From: Candidatus Latescibacterota bacterium
GTDB taxonomy: Bacteria > Latescibacterota > UBA2968 > UBA8231
DNA: 64,000 nucleotides
Reading direction: 5' to 3'
Assembly (NCBI GenBank): GCA_965219385.1
Contig: CBDCNM010000002.1
Span: 468,639 to 532,638 of the forward strand
The number at the start of each line of letters is the position of its first letter. The stretch's first letter is position 1. The notes under the pieces are model-generated. The model searched no databases, was not told where the DNA came from, and saw nothing but the letters and a program-made list of their open reading frames with translations. Shown here piece after piece: positions 57,410 through 64,000 of the stretch. The translations under genes and the position numbers were made by a program.

Positions 57410-58750
57410 TTAGCCGTACCCCTCGATGTCTTCCCGCCAGGTATCAGAGGGCCAGTATCCGTCTGGATCCTCCTGCCAGGGATTGCCGCACATCCTGGAG
57501 ATCACGTGCCATTCGGGTGCGCCCAAGTCCGAGTCCGGGTGGAAGAGAAAACGCTTCAGGCCGGCGTCTCTGGAGGCCTGCAAGATACCCTGCAGATCCC
57601 GGGCGGTCATGGCATCACCGGCGTGGGGGCTGCGTCCGGTGGACACCCAGCAGATTACCTTGTCATCGTCCTGAACGGCGTCCAGGGCACGCCGGGTCTG
57701 GTTGTAGACCACTTCGCTGAAGAACTCGTCTGGAAAACCCATCTCCATATCCAGCAGAGAGCGAATGCCCGGCAACTCCAGTCCGAACAGAGACTTGACC
57801 AGGGCAAAGCCGTCTTCTTCCGTCAGTGAGGGGTTCCACTCCACAAACTTCTGGACCCAGCGCTGCACGGTGCCGTACATGCCGTCGAAGCCGCGGTGCC
57901 AGTAGTAGTGCTTGGGTAAAATGTAGTCGACGTAAGGCGCCAGCTGCTGATAGTTCTGGGCGGTGAGCGAGGAAAAGCAGGTAATGCGCGGGATCATCCC
58001 CAGTTCCACCTTGCGGTCCAGCTGGTCGACGGACCGGCGCATGCTGGCGATGGTGCCCAGGCCTGTTTCCTGGCGGGCGCGCAGCCAGTAGAGGGCATCC
58101 TGGTTGATATCGAAGAGGGTCAGGCCGGCCAGCAATCCGCCCGGGGCGTGGTAGCGCACCATATCGGGGGTGAGGTGGTGGAAGCGCTGGCGCAAATGGG
58201 CGATGCCGCGTTCCATGCGGCCGATGTCAAACCCCAGGTGGGAGAAGAGTTCGCGCTCGTGGTAGCGGATCTCGAATAGCTCGCCCCCGTGGTGCCAGGC
58301 CAGTTCGTAGTGTTGCTCCCTGGGACCGTCCATGATGATGCCGTGCACCTGGGGGAAGGTGTTCACCAGGTCCTGGACACCGGCCGTGAACACTACCTCG
58401 CCATAGGGATCTTCCTCCGGGGGCCGGCCCTCGCCGCCCCCGGGCACACCGAAGATCATGATGGGCCAACCGCGCGCAGCGGCGTTGTCCAGAATTTCGT
58501 GCAGCACCTTTTCCCTTTCTGGATAGTAAGGTTCATCAGGGGGCGGGCTCAACCCGAAGGATTCGTAGACCTTGGGGTCGGGTGCAAAGGCGCGGGTATA
58601 CGAGCCGTCCGCCTGCCTGAAGTGCAATTTTCCCACCACAATGCCGCGCACCCCACCGTCCTCCCAGGCATCGAATATGCGCCTGTAGTTGGTTATCCAT
58701 CTTTCGGACCAGTCCTGAATTGGTTCATGGGCGAAAATCCAGCTTTCCAT
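57410..58750 (-). CDS. Conserved hypothetical protein (possible TIM-barrel)
   Basis: 446-aa ORF with a GAGGAG RBS and globular composition. No family recognised. Confidence 0.7.
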   Translation of the reverse strand: MESWIFAHEPIQDWSERWITNYRRIFDAWEDGGVRGIVVGKLHFRQADGSYTRAFAPDPKVYESFGLSPPPDEPYYPEREKVLHEILDNAAARGWPIMIFGVPGGGEGRPPEEDPYGEVVFTAGVQDLVNTFPQVHGIIMDGPREQHYELAWHHGGELFEIRYHERELFSHLGFDIGRMERGIAHLRQRFHHLTPDMVRYHAPGGLLAGLTLFDINQDALYWLRARQETGLGTIASMRRSVDQLDRKVELGMIPRITCFSSLTAQNYQQLAPYVDYILPKHYYWHRGFDGMYGTVQRWVQKFVEWNPSLTEEDGFALVKSLFGLELPGIRSLLDMEMGFPDEFFSEVVYNQTRRALDAVQDDDKVICWVSTGRSPHAGDAMTARDLQGILQASRDAGLKRFLFHPDSDLGAPEWHVISRMCGNPWQEDPDGYWPSDTWREDIEGYG

Positions 58751-58916
58751 GGCAGGAACTCCTCGAGTTGGGGGTGTCGAATAGCCTATCTATAATGAGC
58801 AGGGAGGCAAAGGCACTGTCAAGTCTCGCCTGGTGCTGGATGTTTCCATGTTTTTGTCCTATCTTGTTCGCGATCTACATCGAAGGCGCAAGGTCCAGGT
58901 TTAGAGGGAGGCCTGT

Positions 58917-60917
58917 TTGAGCAAAGAAAACTTGAATGAGGTCCAGCCGGATCTTGAAGACCGCCACGGGCCAGAACTGGCCGAGGGAAAGGCGGCAGGT
59001 ATCACACTCAGGGCTGCCTTTACCGGTGCGTTCTTGTCACTATTCATCGGCGCCGTGGTACCTTATACCAATATGATCATCGATGGGGCGGTCATGGCCC
59101 ACAATTTCAGCACGCCGGCCGCTCTTTTTGTGTTTTTTGTTTTTGTCGCGTTGATCAATGTATTCCTGGGTCTGATCAGACCCGGTTTTGCCCTGACTCG
59201 ACTGGAACTGGCGGTGGTCTACATCATGGCCATGCTCGCCACGGCCATCCCCACCATCGGCTTTACCGAGAATTTGCTGCCGATCATCGCCGGGCTCTAC
59301 TATTATGCCACGCCCGAGAACAACTGGTCCGAACTGATTCATCCCCACGTGCCCGAGTGGATCGCCCCCCAGGATCCAGACGCTGTGAGGTATTTCTTCG
59401 AGGGCCTTCCCGAGGGGGTGGCCGTGCCTTGGGCCGCCTGGGCCGAGCCCCTCCTGTACTGGTGCTCGTTCATCGTCGCCCTCTACTGGGTGTCCATATG
59501 CGCGATGGTGATTTTGCGCAAGCAGTGGATGGAGCACGAAAAGTTGATTTATCCACTGGTGCAGATCCCTCTGGAGATGATCCAGGACGACGAGAAAGGC
59601 TCCCTGGTCAAGCCGTTCTTTAAAAATTGGGTCATGTGGCTGGGATTTGCCGTTCCCTTCTGCATAGGCAGTATCAATGCCATGCACAACTACTACGAAT
59701 TCTTTCCGAGTATCGTCACTGTTTTCAGTTTGCCGCTGTTCCGCGGTTCGGTTGGTCTGCGCTTTGACATGAATGTCGCCCTGACCGGCTTCGCCTATCT
59801 GCTCAATCGCGATGTAGCCCTGGGTTTCTGGCTCTTTTTCCTGTTGTCGATTATCCAGCGGGGAACATTCGGCGTCCTGGGGATCCAGAGCACCGAGAAC
59901 CTGAGCCGTTTTGCCAATGCGGTCGATCCGTACCTGGCGCACCAGGCCATGGGCGCCATGATTGTACTGATTCTATCCGGGCTGTGGATGGGCCGGAAGC
60001 ATCTCAGGGCGGTATTCAGCAAGGCATTGAGAGGTAACCCTGCGGTCGACGATAGCGGAGAGGTGCTATCCTATCGCACGGCGGTCTGGGGCCTGCTCAT
60101 CGGGCTCGGGGCGATGGGGGCCTGGCTGTGGAAATCGGGGTTTCCCCTGTGGATTGTCCCGTTCTTCCTGTTTGGCATGTTCGTGATATTCATGGCCATA
60201 ACCCGGGCCGTGGCGGAAGGTGGGATCTCGGTGATCCGGACGCCTCTGACCCCAGCCGATTTCGTGATTTCCGGGTTGGGGACCAGTGTCCTGGGCATGT
60301 CCGGCTTGATCGGCGTGGCCTTTACCTATGTGTGGGCCGCCAATATCCGCATCTTCTTCCTGCCCTGCTTTGCCAATGCCCTGAAACTGGCAGAGGAACT
60401 GAAGGGCAGCAAGAGAAGGTTGCTGGGGGCCGTGGCCCTGGCCATAGCGGTCACCTTGGTCGGCTCCATCTGGTCTATCATGACCCTGTCCTACAAGTAC
60501 GGCGGGATCAACCTCCACGGATTCTGGTTCATCGGCGTGCCCCGGAGTGCCTTTACCTATATAGCCCCTAAATTCGCCGATCCGGTTCCGGCCGATATAG
60601 CTGGATGGGGTTTTACAGCTCTGGGGGCCGGGCTCATGGGGTTGCTGACCTTCCTGCGCTACCGCTTTATGTGGTGGCCGGTGCATCCCCTGGGCTTTGC
60701 CACCGGCACCTTCAATATCATGAACTGGGTGTGGTTCAGCGTGTTCCTGGCCTGGTTGTTGAAGACGGTGATTCTCAAGTACGGCGGCTCTTCAGGGTAC
60801 GCGCGGACAAAGCCGTTTTTTCTGGGTCTGATCCTGGGCCAGGTTTTTGTGGCTGGTATGTGGCTGGTCATCGATCATTTCACCGGGATGACCGGGAATA
60901 TCCTGGGCTACTTTTGA
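58917..60917 (+). CDS. DUF6785/DUF6784-like membrane protein, paralog 2
   Basis: Close paralog of 32553-34553. TTG start follows GGGAGG. Confidence 0.78.
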   Translation: MSKENLNEVQPDLEDRHGPELAEGKAAGITLRAAFTGAFLSLFIGAVVPYTNMIIDGAVMAHNFSTPAALFVFFVFVALINVFLGLIRPGFALTRLELAVVYIMAMLATAIPTIGFTENLLPIIAGLYYYATPENNWSELIHPHVPEWIAPQDPDAVRYFFEGLPEGVAVPWAAWAEPLLYWCSFIVALYWVSICAMVILRKQWMEHEKLIYPLVQIPLEMIQDDEKGSLVKPFFKNWVMWLGFAVPFCIGSINAMHNYYEFFPSIVTVFSLPLFRGSVGLRFDMNVALTGFAYLLNRDVALGFWLFFLLSIIQRGTFGVLGIQSTENLSRFANAVDPYLAHQAMGAMIVLILSGLWMGRKHLRAVFSKALRGNPAVDDSGEVLSYRTAVWGLLIGLGAMGAWLWKSGFPLWIVPFFLFGMFVIFMAITRAVAEGGISVIRTPLTPADFVISGLGTSVLGMSGLIGVAFTYVWAANIRIFFLPCFANALKLAEELKGSKRRLLGAVALAIAVTLVGSIWSIMTLSYKYGGINLHGFWFIGVPRSAFTYIAPKFADPVPADIAGWGFTALGAGLMGLLTFLRYRFMWWPVHPLGFATGTFNIMNWVWFSVFLAWLLKTVILKYGGSSGYARTKPFFLGLILGQVFVAGMWLVIDHFTGMTGNILGYF

Positions 60918-62870
60918 ACGCGTCTCCCAAAGAATCCGGCGCCAGAGCCCCTCTGATTACTCTGCGTGCCCTGGGGCTGGGAGCGCTCACCATCCTCGCC
61001 GTGTTCTACTATCTCATCCTCGAGGTGGGGCACGGTTCGGGTTCGGGCAGTTACGTGCGCTCGCAGTTCCCCATGGTGGCCTTCATGCCCTTTGTGCTGT
61101 GGCTTTTCCTCAACGTGGCGCTCAAACGGGTGTGGCCGCGCCTGGCCCTGCGCCGGGGTGAGTTGCTGACCATCTTCTCCATGCTCTGGGTGGCGGGTGT
61201 CCTGCCGCAGTGGGGCTGGAGCGACTACTGGATCGCCATCACCGCCGCGCCGATCTACCTGGCCACGCCCGAGAACCAGTGGTCGGAACTGCTCTTTCCC
61301 TACCTGCCCTGGAAGGTTTTGCCCGATACTGGGGCCCGGGGCCTGGACACCTTCTGGCTGGGGCTGCCCCAAGGCGCACCAATGCCCTGGGACGGCTGGA
61401 CCAGGGCCATCCTCCAGTGGCTGGGCGCCTCCCTGGCCATGGTGGTGTTCGGTTTTTGCCTGGTGGTCTTGTTCCAGCGCCAGTGGACCGAGGCCGAGAA
61501 GCTCACCCTTTCCCCTGGCGCAGATGCCGGTGGACCTGACGCAGGGCTTCGACGGGCCACAGCGCATGCCGGATCTGTTCCGTTCGGGGCTGTTCTGGAT
61601 CGGCTTCGCCGTGGCCTTTCTGCCCCTGCTCTACAACATCGCCATCTACTTTACCCCGGGCCTGCCGCTGTTCGAACTCTACATCAGACGCTTTGCCCTC
61701 GAGTTGCCCTGGCCCTTGCCGGGGTTGACCATCCGGGTGCTGCCGCTGGTGCTGGCCCTGACCTACCTGTGCCCGCTGGACATCCTGGGCAGCCTGGTTT
61801 TGTTCGTGCTGCTGGCCACCCTCAAAATCGGGACGATGGAGCGGGTGGGGTTTGCGGTGGGCGGTTCGGGCCAGGCCCTCGGCCCCGGCGAGGTGCTCTC
61901 CCTGGAGAGCTTCGGCGCCATCGTCTTTGTGGCCGGTTGGTCCGTGTGGCTGGCGCGCGGGCACTTGCGGCAGGTGTGGTTGCAGGTGCGCAGCGGCCAG
62001 GGAGACCGCCGCGACGTGCGGCACTACCGCCTGGCCCTGGCCGGCCTGCTGCTGTCGGCGCTCTACGTCATCGCCTGGGCCTGCAGCCTGGGGACGAGCC
62101 TGCCCCTGGCCGCGGGTGCCTTCGCCCTGATGGCGCTGACCTTCTTCGTCACCGTCAAGCTGATCGCCGCCACCGGGTTTCCCTATCTCATGCCCACCTG
62201 GTCCAATGCCAAGGGAGGGGACTTCATCACCGAACTGATGGGTTCGGCCCGGCTCTCGCCGCAGAGCCTGGTCGCCTTCAAGTTGTTCACCAGCAATGCC
62301 TTCTTCGGCAATATCCGCCTGCCGGCGTGGCCGGCCATCCCCCACCACCTGCGCATCTTCTCCCTGCGGGAACAGCCCTTCAAGGTGACGGCGGCCGTGC
62401 TGGTGGCCTTTGTGGTGGGTTTCCTGGGGGCGCTCTGGGCCAGCCTGGAGGTGGCCTACGACAGGGGCGCGGCCACCTTTTTGATGGGAGCCGCCTGGGT
62501 CTTCGACCAGACCGCGCACCTGCTGCAAAACCCCCGGACCAGCGCGCCGGGCAAGTGGGGCGTGTGGCTGTGGGGATTTTTCGAGGCCTGGGTCCTGACC
62601 CTGCTGCGAGCCCGCCTGCACTGGTTTCCGCTCCACCCCATCGGCCTGGCCTTCCAGTACACCTCGGGCACCTCGATCTACTGGTTCAGCCTCTTCCTGG
62701 TCTGGCTCGTCAAGCTGGTGCTGTTGCGCTACGGCGGCATCAAAGCTTACCGCAAGGGCAAACCCTTTTTCTACGGCCTGGGCATTGGCTACGTGGTCGG
62801 GGTCGTGCTCTCCGGGGTAGTGGACGTGATCTGGTTCCCCCTGCAGGGCCACAGAGTGCACGACTGGTAA
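60914..62870 (+). pseudogene. DUF6785-like membrane protein, paralog 3, with a 1-nt frameshift
   Basis: TTG 60914 overlaps the upstream stop. QRQWTEAEKLT continues as FPLAQMP in another frame because of an extra C in ACCCTTTCCC (~61506-61508). Confidence 0.75.
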
Positions 62871-62879
62871 GGGGGCTTC

Positions 62880-63038
62880 TCAAAGACCCAGGGCCTCCCT
62901 CCCCTCCACCGTCACCCGCGCCACGTTCCAGGCCGGCTCCCAGGTGCAGTCCACGATCACCTCGCGCACCCCGTCCACTTCGAGCAGACGCTGGCGCAGG
63001 GGGCCGGCAAGATACCCGAACTTGGGCCGGCCAGTATT
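62880..63038 (-). pseudogene. C-terminal fragment of a DUF59/FeS-assembly (SufT/PaaD-like) protein
   Basis: GRPKFGYLAGPLRQRLLEVDGVREVIVDCTWEPAWNVARVTVEGREALGL*. There is no room for an N-terminus before the oxidoreductase stop. Confidence 0.55.
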
Positions 63039-63052
63039 AATTTGATCGAACT

Positions 63053-64000
63053 CTAAGCCGGCGCCGACTCCTTCACCTTCTCGATGCGCACCGGGCAAAC
63101 CTTGAGTTCGGCGGTGTAGGTGATCGGGTCGTAGCCCGAGCCGGTCAGGATGTTCACCGGTACATCGTTGAAGCCGAAACTGGCAAAGACCGTGCCGCGC
63201 GGCGAGCGCCGGTTGGCCTGGACCTTGATCTCGATGGCGCCGCGAGCGCTCGACATACGGCACCAGCCCCCGTCCTCCAGACCCCATGCCGCCACATCCT
63301 CCGGGTGCACCTCCAGGCTCTCCTCGGAGAGCAGGTAGTCGATGCCTTGGGCGCGGCCAGTCTGGGTGCGGGTGTGGTAGGACGGCAGCCGCCGGCCGGT
63401 GGTGAGCCAGATGGGGAACTCGGCGCTGATGATCTCGGCCGGATCGCGGTACTTGATCACTTTGAATATGCCGCGGCCGTTCCTGAATTCGCCCTGGTGC
63501 AGGATGGGGGTGCCGGGGTGATTCTCGTCAGGTACGGGCCACTGGTATTCGCCCCTGTCGATGCGTTCCCAGTCCAGACCGGCGTAGATCGGCGCCACAG
63601 AGCACAACTCGTTGAACACCTCGCTGGCCGACTCGAATTCGAAGCCGGCTAAGCCCAGTCGCCGGGCGATCCGGGAGACGATCCACCAGTCGGGCCGGGC
63701 CTCGCCCGGTGGCGATACCGCCTGGCGCAGGCGCTGCACCCTGCGCTCGGTGTTGGTGCAGGATCCGTCGGTTTCGCCCCAGGCCGTGGCCGGCAGCACC
63801 ACGTCGGCCAGACGGGCGGTCTCAGTCATGAAGATGTCGATGACCACCAGGTGGTCCAGACTTTTGAGGGCGCGCTCGCAGTGCTGGCGGTCCGGGTCGG
63901 AGACTAGGGTGTTCTCCCCGTTGATGAGCATGGCGCGGATCTGCTCGCCGCAGCGCTCCAGGGCCTGGACCTTGGTGATACCGTTCTCGCACTCGATTTC
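63053..64000 (-). CDS. Molybdopterin oxidoreductase, formate dehydrogenase alpha-like, C-terminal part (5' end outside window)
   Basis: Motifs LDHLVVIDIFMTETA.LADVVLPA, DGS.TNTERRVQ, QWP, LTTGRR...YHT.TQT and DPIT.TAELKVC. Confidence 0.88.
   Translation of the reverse strand, partial: EIECENGITKVQALERCGEQIRAMLINGENTLVSDPDRQHCERALKSLDHLVVIDIFMTETARLADVVLPATAWGETDGSCTNTERRVQRLRQAVSPPGEARPDWWIVSRIARRLGLAGFEFESASEVFNELCSVAPIYAGLDWERIDRGEYQWPVPDENHPGTPILHQGEFRNGRGIFKVIKYRDPAEIISAEFPIWLTTGRRLPSYHTRTQTGRAQGIDYLLSEESLEVHPEDVAAWGLEDGGWCRMSSARGAIEIKVQANRRSPRGTVFASFGFNDVPVNILTGSGYDPITYTAELKVCPVRIEKVKESAPA

Overview
This is a high-GC bacterial window. The gene content (FlgD/CHU_C-type C-terminal domain proteins, DUF6785-like membrane proteins, PhyH, Gfo/Idh/MocA, enolase-superfamily dehydratase, an SWGxIK tail) suggests a Latescibacterota/Poribacteria-like uncultured lineage; that assignment is inference only. 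The left half holds topB, slyD, sugar and sugar-acid catabolism genes, and two paralogous FG-GAP/ASPIC-UnbV surface proteins, one carrying an M6 metalloprotease. It also holds a peroxiredoxin-like gene that the ORF track splits at an in-frame UGA. The UGA sits in a UxxC motif followed by a clear SECIS hairpin, so this is a probable selenoprotein. The right half (32.5-62.9 kb) is an uncharacterised cell-envelope locus bracketed by DUF6785-like genes. It contains five paralogous secreted proteins with FTPNxDxxND...(V/A)(A/V)Y tails (four from a 4643-bp tandem duplication), a CBM9-like protein with an SWGRIKA tail, two ~940-aa putative outer-membrane proteins and a parvulin PPIase lipoprotein. 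Two copies of a 148/149-bp MITE carrying IHF-consensus sites lie upstream of genes in this locus. Several deletion scars and a degenerate dispersed repeat family are also visible. No rRNA, tRNA, CRISPR array or reverse transcriptase was seen.
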